From positions 155,930,001 to 155,994,000 of the forward strand of contig OZ296648.1 of NCBI GenBank assembly GCA_965655095.1: 64,000 bases of DNA, given 5' to 3'. Positions within the stretch are counted from its first letter, which is position 1. Each line of letters begins with the position of its first letter. The notes under the pieces were generated by a model that saw only the letters and a program-made list of their open reading frames with translations, made no database searches and had not been told where the DNA came from. Shown here piece by piece: positions 51,701-64,000 of this stretch. Both the position numbers and the translations under genes were made by a program. The stretch comes from Haplodiscus bocki. Lineage: Eukaryota.

Positions 51701-54700
51701 AAGAATCAAACATGACGGATCGTGAACCCGTTGTAGTGTTTATAAAAAAAATGGATAAATCCGAGCAAGTGATGCCGAAAAAAAATACATCTGATGGGAT
51801 GAAACGCAGAGGGAAGTCACGGACGGGAAAAAATGGAATCATTTCGACGTGTCCTTGTGCGAATAGGCTTCGCTCCGCTCGCCTGAAAAAAATCTAGCCT
51901 CATAGGTTGTCTTAAGTCCATTGAGAAATCGAGAATATTTCTGCTATCATAAAAATCCAATCATCAACAATCCTCATTGAAATATTATCACTGACGTTGA
52001 AATTACCGTAAACGACGCTGTTTCTGACCGTTTACAGCCTGTGTCAAAAAGTTATCTCGGCGTCATGCCAAAGTTATACATGCGAACCAGGGTTGAAATG
52101 CCACTTTTTTGGCCTAAAACGTATGCTCAAATTTATCATATAAAAAAAAAACAATTTTATTGTTCTTGACATTCTGAAACTTTTGATGTCAAATTTTAGT
52201 GAAAAGTTTACGCAAAATTTAGCTCCAAGATATGCATTTTTACGTTGAAAGAGTATTGGCGGGACAAACTTTTCACGCGAGCTATATACTAAAGGACTAA
52301 AATCTTCGATGACGTCAATTTGGTAGAAGCTGGTTTCTTTTGGCCAGAATAGGTGAAGTGACAAATCGATGTCCCTTTATTGACACTATCAAAGCATAGC
52401 ACATACAGTTGCGCTGAAAAACGATTGTTATAAGCAAGAAATTAGCTGCACATCAATTGGAAGAAAAAATAACTGCAAAAGACGCGGAGACAAGATTCGC
52501 CCGCGAAAAGATTGACGCAATTTTGGGATTGACCCGCGAAAAAACTTGTGATTCCTCATTGGTCAAAAAGATGAGAGTTATAGAAACAATAGTGCTAAAA
52601 TCTACGAAGACGCTTGATACTGTTTTTAGTGCTCTGTAGGTTGTTTTCTTTGAATATATAAAACGTGACTACCTTCACGATAATGCACAACAAATACCTC
52701 ACATGGTACAACCAGTTTCTTTCGTTCTGAAGGTTGAGGGTTCGAATCCAAAAGCCGGCAATAGTTTCTTCTCCAATATGGACTAGCAGCAGGAAAAGTC
52801 TGAACAAACAGTGACATCAGATTCTTAGTAACGTATAGTTGCAAGTATTCATTATTTAAATCCACAATGGATTGGAAAAAGCTGCTGTTCAAGATAGTGA
52901 CAATAACTCTGGCTCTTTTAACAAATCTGGTTCCAATTTATTTGACACATCAAGGAAAAAATGGACTCTGATACGTTTGACTACGACCAACACGACTATA
53001 TAAAATCATCTGAATGTTCGCCGAAATTTGACGGTTTCTGTCTGAACAACGGTGTTCCTTTTGTCCCTGCAGACACAAACGGAGTTGCTTGCATTTGCCA
53101 AATTTCATACTAAGGTCCAAGGTGTAATATGTGGTAAAAACAGCACTATAAACCCATTTCAGAGCCACACTTTCATCAAAGAAAACGTGCCTGAACTGTC
53201 GCAAAACACTCATTATATTGTGTCCGATAACAATGAGCCAATTTTGGATTTCCTTGTTAGTTTGCAAAAAAAACAACTCGGGGAGGTACAGATGTCACGT
53301 TCCGAGATTACTTTGAGGAATTTCAAAGGAATCCAAACAGAAATGAGGAAAACAGAATTCGCTTCGGAACGTGGAAGAAACTTTGTTGGCTAATGCAATC
53401 AACTTTAACCATAGCTCGAGTTTGAAATATTAAAGAAGGCATGTCCACAAGTTATACCGGCGAAGTCTGATTGGTTGTTCAAAGGGCCCAAAACCAATCA
53501 ACTTTTCTATTTCTTGCCAGCCGCAGCAAAGTTGACATCAAACTACAGTGAAGTCCTCCGAAAAGACTCTTTACAGCAAACAACGGTCACAATTTTACTT
53601 CAGTTTTCAGCCTGAAAACTACACCAAAAATTCTTGACTTCTTTGTCATGCTAACACCTCAAACACTTGTTATTGATTTCGAAGGCCTCCGTTTTTTAAA
53701 ACAACCTTTCACAACTAAAGAGTTACCTGTTTGGGGTTTTGTCTACGATACAATTCTTCTGAAGCCACCTTGTCCCGTCCATTTAGCCTCTGTCACGGCA
53801 CAGTAAAGTTATATGTGGATTACGAAAACTATGCACGTTTTGAACTGGGATTTTGGAATTTATGATTATTCTAGTTTCTTTCTAATCTTAAAATTCCGTT
53901 TCCAAAAAATCATCATTTGCGCCACAAAGAGTACCTTGGCCTTACCACCTATCGACGACCGAGCGTACCTTGGAAGTCTCTCGACTGCTTCTCCAGGCAA
54001 TCCAGTCTGCGTAACGAAGCTCAGTTCCTTTCTATTGTTTGTGCAACCGAAGAAAAGTTTAGGAAGAGTCGACAAAGGTTGAGGAAACGTGATTTTTGAC
54101 AATGTTTGTCAAAAGAATCCACAACAGAAGTTAGCTTGCAGTCAAAACTTGCATCATAACACATTGCTGTACAAATTGCCTAAACTGTCAATCAAGACAG
54201 GTGACATTGATTGCTTTAATGCACGCTGAACGCGACAAACTTTAGATAAATGCAGAAATGTATTTGGAAAATATTTTTTCAGAAAATTTCGGCCAGAAAA
54301 TGGTGGAAAAATCAGAAAACATTCAGCTAAAAACTGAATGCAACCAACGTTTCCGTTTCCATCACTTAGCCACAATTGGGATGCCATACATGTGTTATTA
54401 AGCCAGAGAAGTGCGACAAAGTAACACTGACTTCTGAAAAAAAAAATGGGTTTTCATTATTTTCCCCGAAAACTCGCCGGCGAAAAATTTTCGTCCAGCA
54501 AAAACTTTGGCTTCAAAATTACGACCTTGCGAAAGCAGTTAAAAAGTAAGAAAACGGATCCTACGAATGCGTTTGTAGAAAATGCGCGTCAAAGTTGACT
54601 CAGTGGGCAATGCAGAATGTCAAATCTGCTTCGAAAATATTCAAAACTTTTCACTTTTTTCGACCGAAACTAGCAGGAAAAAATGGCAACAAACATCACA

Positions 54701-57094
54701 GCAAGCCGTTCAACTAAATAGTGTTCCTCGGCTCAGCTCAAACTATTAGCGATTCCGAGCTTACTACAGAGAGAGGGCTCAAAAATATAGCTTTTGTCCT
54801 CTAAAAAAAATTCCAAACAAATTTTTTTCGCTAACATCTCGCCGAAAAAAAACTGTTGCCAGCCGAAAGAATCAAACATGACGGATCGTGAACCCGTTGT
54901 AGTGTTTATAAAAAAATTGGATAAATCCGAGCAAGTGATGCCGAAAAAAAATACATCTGATGGGATGAAACGCAGAGGGAAGTCACGGACGGGAAAAAAT
55001 GGAATCATTTCGACGTGTCCTTGTGCGAATAGGCTTCGCTCCGCTCGCCTGAAAAAAATCTAGCCTCATAGGTTGTCTTAAGTCCATTGAGAAATCGAGA
55101 ATATTTCTGCTATCATAAAAATCCAATCATCAACAATCCTCATTGAAATATTATCACTGACGTTGAAATTACCGTAAACGACGCTGTTTCTGACCGTTTA
55201 CAGCCTGTGTCAAAAAGTTATCTCGGCGTCATGCCAAAGTTATACATGCGAACCAGGGTTGAAATGCCACTTTTTTGGCCTAAAACGTATGCTCAAATTT
55301 ATCATATAAAAAAAAAACAATTTTATTGTTCTTGACATTGAAACTTTTGATGTCAAATTTTAGTGAAAAGTTTACGCAAAATTTAGCTCCAAGATATGCA
55401 TTTTTACGTTGAAAGAGTATTGGCGAGACAAATTTTTCACTCGAGCTATATACTAAAGAACTGAAATCTTCGATGACGTCAATTTGGTAGAAGCTGGTTA
55501 CTTTTGGCCAGAATGGGTGAAGTGACAAATCGATGTCCCTTTATTGACACTATCGAAGCATAGCACATACAGTTGCGCTGAAAAACGATTGTTATAAGCA
55601 AGAAATTAGCTGCACATCAATTGGAAGAAAAAATAACTGCAAAAGACGAGGAGACAAGATTCGCCCGCGAAAAGATTGACGCAATTTTGGGATTGACCCG
55701 CGAAAAAACTTGTGATTCCTCATTGGTCAAAAAGATGAGAGTTATAGAAACAATAGTGCTAAAATCTACGAAGACGCTTGATACTGTTTTTAGTGCTCTG
55801 TAGGTTGTTTTCTTTGAATATATAAAACGTGACTACCTTCACGATAATGCACAACAAATACCTCACATGGTACAACCAGTTTCTTTCGTTCTGAAGGTTG
55901 AGGGTTCGAATCCAAAAGCCGGCAATAGTTTCTTCTCCAATATGGACTAGCAGCAGGAAAAGTCTGAACAAACAGTGACATCAGATTCTTAGTAACGTAT
56001 AGTTGCAAGTATTCATTATTTAAATCCACAATGGATTGGAAAAAGCTGCTGTTCAAGATAGTGACAATAACTCTGGCTCTTTTAACAAATCTGGTTCCAA
56101 TTTATTTGACACATCAAGGAAAAAATGGACTCTGATACGTTTGACTACGACCAACACGACTATATAAAATCATCTGAATGTTCGCCGAAATTTGACGGTT
56201 TCTGTCTGAACAACGGTGTTCCTTTTGTCCCTGCAGACACAAACGGAGTTGCTTGCATTTGCCAAATTTCATACTAAGGTCCAAGGTGTAATATGTGGTA
56301 AAAACAGCACTATAAACCCATTTCAGAGCCACACTTTCATCAAAGAAAACGTGTCTGAACTGTCGCAAAACACTCATTATATTGTGTCCGATAACAATGA
56401 GCCAATTTTGGATTTCCTTGTTAGTTTGCAAAAAAAAAACAACTCGGGGAGGTACAGATGTCACGTTCCGAGATTACTTTGAGGAATTTCAAAGGAATCC
56501 AAACAGAAATGAGGAAAACAGAATTCGATTCGGAACGTGGAAGAAACTTTGTTGGCTAATGCAATTAACTTTAACCATAGCTCGAGTTTGAAATATTAAA
56601 GAAGGCATGTCCACAAGTTATACCGGCGAAGTCTGATTGGTTGTTCAAAGGGCCCAAAACCAATCAACTTTTCTATTTCTTGCCAGCCGCAGCAAAGTTG
56701 ACATCAAACTACAGTGAAGTCCTCCGAAAAGACTCTTTACAGCAAACAACGGTCACAATTTTACTTCAGTTTTCAGCCAGAAAACTACACCAAAAATTCT
56801 TGACTTCTTTATCATGCTAACACCTCAAACACTTGTTATTGATTTCGAAGGCCTCCGTTTTTTAAAACAACCTTTCACAACTAAAGAGTTACCTGTTTGG
56901 GGTTTTGTCTACGATACAATTCTTCTGAAGCCACCTTGTCCCGTCCATTTAGTCTCTGTCACGGCACAGTAAAGTTATATGTGGATTACGAAAACTATGC
57001 ACGTTTTGAACTGGGATTTTGGAATTTATGATTATTCTACACTGTTTCTTTCTAATCTTGAAATTCCGTTTCCAAAAAATCATCGTTTGCGCCA
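47054..57094. repeat. Recent tandem amplification, ~3166-bp unit x ~3.2 (units start 47054, 50220, 53388, 56554)
   Basis: Near-identical ORFs recur at offsets of 3164-3168 (e.g. 47532/50698/53866 and 49288/52457/55621), differing only by scattered substitutions and homopolymer lengths. Confidence 0.98.
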
Positions 57095-57280
57095 AAGATA
57101 ACGAAAAGGAATTGTTTCCACGAGACTTCTTCAGCCGGGTCATTAATTTGGATCATCTTTACTCTCCCAAAGAATCCAAAATCCAGCAAAACTGCAGTCC
57201 CAGTTGTCTCAATCACTCATTGTTTCCATGAGATCATTGCTCACGGGAGAAATCAAACTTGTTTCATCTCTGGCTAAGTC
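56814..57280 (+). pseudogene. DEDD/DnaQ-like exonuclease-fold protein pseudogene of Polinton-2 (5' half repeated in each tandem unit)
   Basis: MLTPQTLVIDFEGLRF...KELPV...LKPP...Q*SYMWITKTMHVLNWDFG...CAKDNEKELF...VINLDHLYSPK...DHCS, with an ExoI-like DxE and a C-terminal HC motif. Confidence 0.55.
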
Positions 57281-58132
57281 ATTGTCAGCAAAATCCTTAT
57301 GTCTACAGCTTCCCAATCACACAAAAGCAGGAACAAATTATTCCTGGCACTGTCGCGAGTTTCACATATCAGTATTAACAACCAACCAGGTCAATATCAA
57401 GAACGTCAATGAAAACATTAAAATTAAACTGGTGTAAGAAGAATATCGACAAGTGCGATTACATAAACTAATGCGAAAGTCAGTCATCCATTTATCTTAT
57501 GCTGAATTCGTTCTGCTCAAGTCAAGTACCGATTCTATTCACTCTTTCCTGAACTTCATAGGAAAACCTGTCAAATGCCCGATTGAAGCAGCTGATGAAA
57601 GACAACATCAAGCCTCTGAAACTTCCGCCACCCCCTAAACCTACAATTGTAACTGGAAAAGAGGATCCCCGTTTGCCCGAGCAAATCTTCAAGGAGCTAA
57701 AAGACGGCATTGTTGAAATTGCCGTATTCCCGTACACGCCTAGAAACCGGATGAGGCACTATAGAGTAACTCTGAAACAGTGCGATGATTTCAATAATTG
57801 TATCTTTTACATATAGAAAACGTACAACTCTTATAAAATTCTCTTAAACCATTTATAGCTAGTGATGGAAGAGCGAGCAGTTGACTGTCCAGACGTTATT
57901 GGAGTTGAACAATTCGTCTACCATGAAAATAACAGCGAACGCTCGTGGAAATTCTTGTAACTCAACAACGCTACAAAGATCTGAGATTGTCTTTTCCAAG
58001 CTGTAATTTTTCTGACACTCATCAATAGCAGTCTAGCAAAAGTACTCTCCTACGGAACACCTTCTGAAGAAATGCCAGTTTGGGTGTCTTTCTCATCAGC
58101 TATGCTGGTTATACACTTACCATTCGACATCT

Positions 58133-58810
58133 ATGAACAAAATTATCTTCACTAACCATAAGCAATTCATGTCTCTCATGGGTCCTGGAGGCTCATGTCA
58201 GACACGACATATAATTGCCATGTTAGCATCACCGACAAATTTTTATTCCAAGCTTCACAGAAGCTACTACTTTTACAAGGAATATCAGCCGTTATTCAGA
58301 AAAAAAGCAGAAAAACTGACTAGAATTTGTTCCATGTCTCGATTTGGAAATGATCAAGAAGCTTGAAAACTTTACTGGTTTTTGATGATTCTTGCGAAGA
58401 AATCTACCAAGAAAAAGAATTTGTTAAGATCCCCGTTGCTGGCAGACATGAAAAGATTCATTGCATCTTCGTCAAACATGATTTGTTCCATCAGAGCGAG
58501 TGGTCGGGTACAATTCACGTCAAAACGTCACATGTTGTCGTATTCGAGTCTCCGCGTGACGTTCAGCAAATTGATCGCTTTGGTAGACAAACAAATCGGA
58601 GTTCAATCGAGATTATTATCGAAAAGCTACTTAAGTCTTAAAATGGTCATTTTTTATTGATTTTGATCCAAAGACAAGTGAGTCGCTGAGGTTCTGTCCC
58701 AATATCACCGGACCATGTCCTACAATTTTCTATCTACCTTCTATGGCGAAAGCGACCGCGTTGACAAATGAAAGAGAAAAACGCACATATACTGAAGAAT
58801 TGGCAAAACA
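58133..58810 (+). pseudogene. Polinton-2 packaging ATPase pseudogene
   Basis: Walker A relic MGPGGSCQT, Walker B LLVFDD, AGRH and F.SPRD motifs across frameshifted ORFs 58133-58366 and 58363-58641. Confidence 0.88.
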
Positions 58811-59649
58811 AAAAGAAGCTTTCAGAAATTTTTCTAACTGCAGCGCAGATGAAGTTATATTTCTCTGTGAATGCGCCCTGAATAGAATTAACGGAAATAT
58901 TCCTTTTATTGTCGATCCCTGAATCACCTATGGAAAAGAGCTGAAAGTTTTATGCAATGCTAAGACATGCGGGAAGAAAAAACGACGAATTCGTACCTCC
59001 AAGAAAGGGATCAAATTCATGGAGATCAGTTGTCATGTCTACTCATATCTAAGACAGCTCACACAATTTTTTTACATTTAAGAAAGCTATGTTCAAGAGC
59101 GAGCAAAATCACCGGAAGTTTTGTTCGATCAAACAATCACTGAGAAAGCCTAACAACGACGTTGCTATAGAGACATAAACCTAAGGTAGGAAAAGATGAA
59201 AGAAAAGTCAATTGTCTCCCAAGTGGAAGAAAATCGGCCTGATATTGTGGAATATTATCGATGTTGAAGCCCGGGCAGCTCGAAAACACAAAGCGAATCT
59301 TCAAAAAGAATTACGATGCCTCGGATCTGGGAGTTAACGAAGACGGATTTCTCACAGTAGATGACCGCGTATCGACGATTGAAGCTACCAATTTCCTTTT
59401 ACAATTTACAGCAAACAAAGAAAGGACCACTTAAATAAAAACGTATTTTGGAGAAGATCGATACTTCCCCGAACTTGGCTGCTAACTCCGACGCAAAAAA
59501 ACTACTCCAACCTACTCGAAGCAAAACAATAGTAAGACCTAAAATCAAAATGCCAGGGAAAGCATCTGAGAAACGACTGGCTGACAAGAACTTTGCAGAG
59601 GATTCTCAAGCAAAAGAGATCTCAATGCGACCGTGGAAAACTATCAGAT

Positions 59650-60545
59650 TCTGAGAAATTAAAACTCGATAAATTATATAAGAAAGGACCGGCAGCGTAC
59701 GGAAGCGTTTCAAACCTGCAAAAAGTCAGTTCACTGTCTCGGGTGAAAGTCGGAACTTTCCTAGAGAGTAAAAAGTCAGATACGAAGTACAGACAATATA
59801 GAAGACGTTTCCCCGTTTGAAAGTTATTGCTTACGATATTATTGAGAACTGGTCTTTTGATTTAGCTCATGTAGACAAACTAGCTGAAAACAACAATAGT
59901 GTTAAAAAGTTTCTTGTCGCTTTTGATGTACTGTCACGAAGGCTCAAGAGTTCAGCCAATGCGAACTAAGAGTGCGGAGGAAACTGCTAAAACTTTTGGT
60001 CGCATGATCACCATAATTAAACCAATGAAAGAATGGTCTGATAGGGTACCAAGTTCAATGAAGCTTTCAAAAAGTCACGTGAAAGCAAAGGCATTAACAC
60101 TTACACCACAAAGATTGAAGCGAAATCGGCATTCGTTGCGCGCAATACTCAATCTCTCAAAAACATCACCTACAAACTTATGGAGAGCAATCGTGCTTAT
60201 CGCTACATGAACGAATTGCAGTCTTTCGTTAACACAATCAATTCTCAAATGATCACTTGAAAGGATTGGCTACCAATAAGGTCTCGGAGAAGCATGTAAC
60301 AAACTTGTTTTCACAGCTAGAGCAGCAGTCGAGAAAACTGGTAAGAAAAAAATTGAAACCAGGAGACAAAGTTCGAATAGCGAAGGAAGATAAACCACTC
60401 AAAAAACGGTACAAACAACGCTTCACTGAAGACGTCTTCCTGATTTCCAAAAAGCAACGATGAACCCAACCACCTATTTGCTGGTTGAATCTAAAGAAGA
60501 CTTTCAAGGGAAGTTCCAGGAGCCAGAGTTGACAAATTCGGTAGA
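59650..60545 (+). pseudogene. Polinton-2 integrase pseudogene
   Basis: LY..GPAAYGSV..L, WSFDLAHVDKLA, VAFDVLSR, WSDR(G) and KPGDKVRIAK...KRYKQRFTEDVF; multiple frameshifts. Confidence 0.9.
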
Positions 60546-60585
60546 AAACCATGAGTTTGACATATAATAAGGGTCAACCGAATCA

Positions 60586-61399
60586 ATGGAAACTTGTCGA
60601 CAAAACACAGTGGCATGCTTTCGGAACGTGCTGGCAGAACCTTTACAACTAGGAGATTGGAGAGTGGCTTTGGCAGAAATTTTCCCAACAACTATTAGGA
60701 ATGTTACCACCAAAAAGTTTTTCCTATACACACTGAAAACTCCTTTCAAAAATTCACCCTCAAATGGCAATACAAGATCAGGAGGCGTAATGGTGGAACG
60801 CGAAGATTGGTAAAACATTGTAGCTTTACCTGATGAAGAATTTAAAACCGTCAAGATGTTGTCACGCGTTTACATGTTGGGGTTGGTGAAAGCACGTCGC
60901 CGATTGTTACTACCACTGAAGAAGACAGAATAGAGTTCAACTTTGCAGATGGTTACGGAATAAGTCAACATGACAGAAGTCTTCGAGGTATCAGCTTTCA
61001 AGGGAGTGCCGGATCCCAACCGAGGTGGGTATTTTATTAGTAATAATAACAAAGTGAAGAAGCAAACACAACCAATCAAGGGTGATTTTCCGGCAGATAC
61101 TACAGCAGCAACCAACAATTGCTTCGTTAACTGTGATATCATTAAACACCAGCACTTCGCTGGAGTTAAAGCACCTTTTCACAGTGTCATTCATACAGAG
61201 ACACGCCCAACAAACGGTAACCTATAAATCAAGTCTGCAGTGAAATATAAAATAAATCGTTTCTAGAACTGCATTTTAAAAGCTAAGTTTGGACACAATC
61301 TGGAAAATATCTATTGAATTAGTTGCAGTGTCTGGAGACTACGTCCGACTTGTTCGAACCGGTAGTGTTAGGATAACGTTAAAGTTTCATAAATTCTAA
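60586..61399 (+). pseudogene. Polinton-2 minor capsid (penton) pseudogene
   Basis: N-terminal NTVACFRNVLAEPLQLGDWRVALAEI and C-terminal FVNCDIIKHQHFAGVKAP blocks. Confidence 0.8.
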
Positions 61400-61750
61400 A
61401 AAGGCAGTCTAACTATTCCCGGCAAGCTGTTATGCCTCACTTTTCGGGCCACACAAGACAGAGGAGGCGATTTAGGATCCTCAGCCGCTGCAGTTGAATG
61501 GGTTGCCTTACCTTTCGCAAAAGAAGTATTTCTACCAGCTGTCAAATTGAAAGGCAGGGAATTGTTTGTTCAATGTTTTCCAGAATTGATGGATGTCGTC
61601 ACGAAAAAAATCTCCCAAAGAAGCAGCGAAATCAGCCGTGAAAACGGCAATGAAAAAGCGAAACAGAAAAAGTTCACCAATCAAAAAGAGTAAACCTGTG
61701 AAAAGAAACAGTCGACGAAAAAAGAGGCTGCAGAAGTCGGTCAAATTTTT
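61400..61750 (+). pseudogene. Polinton-2 basic core-like protein pseudogene
   Basis: YYSRQA.MPHFSGHTRQR-G-G motif followed by a Lys/Arg-rich tail (KKSPKEAAKSAVKTAMKKR...), located between penton and major capsid genes. Confidence 0.55.
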
Positions 61751-61763
61751 AACGAGTGAAAAA

Positions 61764-62800
61764 ATGTCACTTAATATTTTATCTGTTGAAGCATCACACA
61801 GTTCATTGGATAATTTTGAGCGTCCCCTTCTTGTAATACCTTCAATACATCATTCGAGCGAAAAATTGGTCCAGTATATGCTCCAAAATGACCCACACTG
61901 GAGTTTGGAGTAGTTGGAGATCGAACCTATTCCATCGATTGACAAAACATCTACCTCGAAAAGAAACTTAGGAATCTCAGACCTAAGGGTGAAAAACTGC
62001 AAAACAAAGCAACTTATGCTCCGGCAACTGATTCAACATTCTTCACTAATATTACTCTTCATCCAATTCCTCTGAGTGTAGTATTACTGCCAATAGCATC
62101 AAAATTCTTCCGCCCGAAAAGCTTTCATTGAAACAGAAATTTCACACAACAGGGAAGCAAAAGATACTTGATTAAAAAATCAGGGATATTCCTATGAAGA
62201 GCAGCCTGATAACTTTATCAAAACACCTTTCACTGCAAGGACAGCTGAAACGCGCGAGTCCGCAGAAGTCTCTTTCATTCGCAAAAAAAGCGTCGGATTT
62301 CTTGTCATGTGATCAACACCTGATAAGTGGAGTTACATTGAAAATTTTGTTTTTCAGAAACCGACCTGATTATGCATTGATTTAGGATGATGAAACAAAA
62401 GATTATAAAATCGAGATGAACCAAGACAACTAAATCGTTCGAAAAATGACAGTAAGTGACAACGTTTACTCAGCTAGAGACTACATTAACCAAAACCCTT
62501 GCCCGTTTCCGTTATAATGAGATCATACCTAAAACGTTTCTCATTTCCGAAGGGGTGCAGAGTTAGAGTCACGAAGAGGTATTCACCAGACAGCCCATTC
62601 GAAAGTTTGTAAGAGCTATGACAACAAGAGGCCTTTCTGGGAGCTAGGCACTTAGAACCTTTCCATGCCGAGAAATTCAATCTGAACAGCATTACAGTTT
62701 ACCGTAAGGGTTATCCTGCTGTCGGAACTCCGCTCCAAAAAGATTGATCAAAAAATTCTATCAAACTTGCTCAAAGCTCTAGCCTTTCGAAAACATCGTC
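61764..62800 (+). pseudogene. Polinton-2 major capsid (hexon-like) pseudogene, 3' truncated
   Basis: SSLDNFERP, IGPVYAP..PTLEFGVVGDRTYSID*QNIYLE, HLISGVTLKI and PFHAEKFNLNSITVYRKGYP. Similarity ends at a 16-nt tandem duplication near 62790-62825. Confidence 0.8.
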
Positions 62801-64000
62801 AGGAGAAAACATCGTCAGGAGAAAATGTAGGTACCTGGGACATGGGCGTATTCTCTGCAGAAACAATTCCTATCTCACTCAACGAGAACACTTTCATTAA
62901 TGTGAACTCCGAAAATTCTTATGATGAACGGAAGCGTTGCCTCTTAATTTGTAACAAAGACGGAGTTTATCTATTCGGTGACCCATTGGTCTTACGCCTC
63001 GAAGCCTGAAAGAAAGTTAACAAGCGTCTGAACTATGCTAATTTCAGTTGTGAAGAGCTAATTCAAAAAACTCTTCAACCGCCTATATCGCATTTATGTG
63101 GACTTTAATGTTTTACTTTGATCATTGTTTTCAAGGGTTGCTACCATGTAATACCGCTAATGGATGATGAACGCTAATTAGGATTTGTAAAAGATTTATA
63201 TACTTTATTTTATCTTCGCTCACGTCATATTTAACAAGTTTTCAAAATCTTTTTTCAATACAGGTTGAATCAAAGTGGAAGGGAAGCATTTCATAGTTTA
63301 TAGTACCATAGCCAGAATAATAAATATCAACAATCATACAAAAAAGGCTGCATGTTGACCATCAAGTATCAGACAGTCTATTGTGAAAAAGTGGAGATAA
63401 GTCGCTGGTTTGCGCTGATCATTCATTTCAGTGGTTTGAATGGCTGATTCTTCATTTGGTTTGCGTAGTCTTTTCGTGTTTTTGAAAAAAAGGGTCCTGT
63501 CGTCCAGATTCCTGTTACATGTCACTGCTCGATTAGGTTTTTTAAATGTTTCACCGATCAACTAGTAGTAGGTATCAGACGAGAAAGTTGAGTATAAACA
63601 GGGCACAGCGTACCCCTTTTCTCGCTTTTGAAATTTGTATCTTGATTCCAGAACATGATAATGTTTTTCCTTAATGTCTTAGTATTCGCTTTCTTCAGAG
63701 GGCAACCCAGAAGCATAAAAGATGTCTTTTTCAAAATCTTTTCCCGCAAGCGGTTCTCCAAAACAAAGACGATACCGAAAGTTTTCAAAAAACTTCATGA
63801 AAAAAATTGGGCGATTGTTCGTCCATAGCCCCAACAACTGAAAAGGTCACAATTGGTAACATTCAAGGAACAAACTTACGGCTTCAAAAAGAAAATGCTC
63901 TTGGCATGGAAGATCGAATTGAAGGAAGATGTATGTTCACGGGTAAAAACGCTCAAAGGAAAAATTATATAGCTCCTGCGGGATATACACAATCTGGGAA

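Larger units (their letters stand above)
48720..62800 (+). mobile_element. Second degenerate Polinton/Maverick (Polinton-2), different family, partial
   Basis: Co-oriented relics of an exonuclease-like gene, ATPase, integrase, penton, core protein and major capsid protein. No TIR or pPolB recognised in the window; boundaries approximate. Confidence 0.85.

Overview
AT-rich eukaryotic DNA with GT-AG introns, probably from an invertebrate; the species cannot be determined from the sequence. Two intact spliced housekeeping genes lie at the left end on the minus strand: inositol monophosphatase (660-2143) and mitochondrial peptide deformylase (2561-3983). The stretch from about 5 to 25 kb is repeat-rich: decayed ~180/350-bp satellites, tRNA-derived SINE-like pieces, a perfect 92-bp palindrome and a possible degenerate hammerhead ribozyme. 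From ~25.46 to ~44.68 kb lies a full-length but heavily mutated Polinton/Maverick (endogenous adintovirus-like element) of about 19.2 kb. It has recognisable ~0.8-1 kb TIRs and relics of all core genes: integrase, protein-primed PolB, cysteine protease, minor and major capsid, core protein and packaging ATPase. It also carries an unusual accessory gene encoding an N-terminal U-box followed by DUF4116-type helical repeats. A second, different Polinton family relic occupies ~48.7-62.8 kb (DEDD-exonuclease-like gene, ATPase, integrase, penton, core protein, truncated major capsid). Its left part, together with a Helentron/DINE-like element, was recently amplified as a ~3.17-kb x 3.2 near-identical tandem array (47054-57094). 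All pseudogene calls come from manual translation across stops and frameshifts and from my recollection of family motifs; no database search was run, and pseudogene boundaries are approximate.
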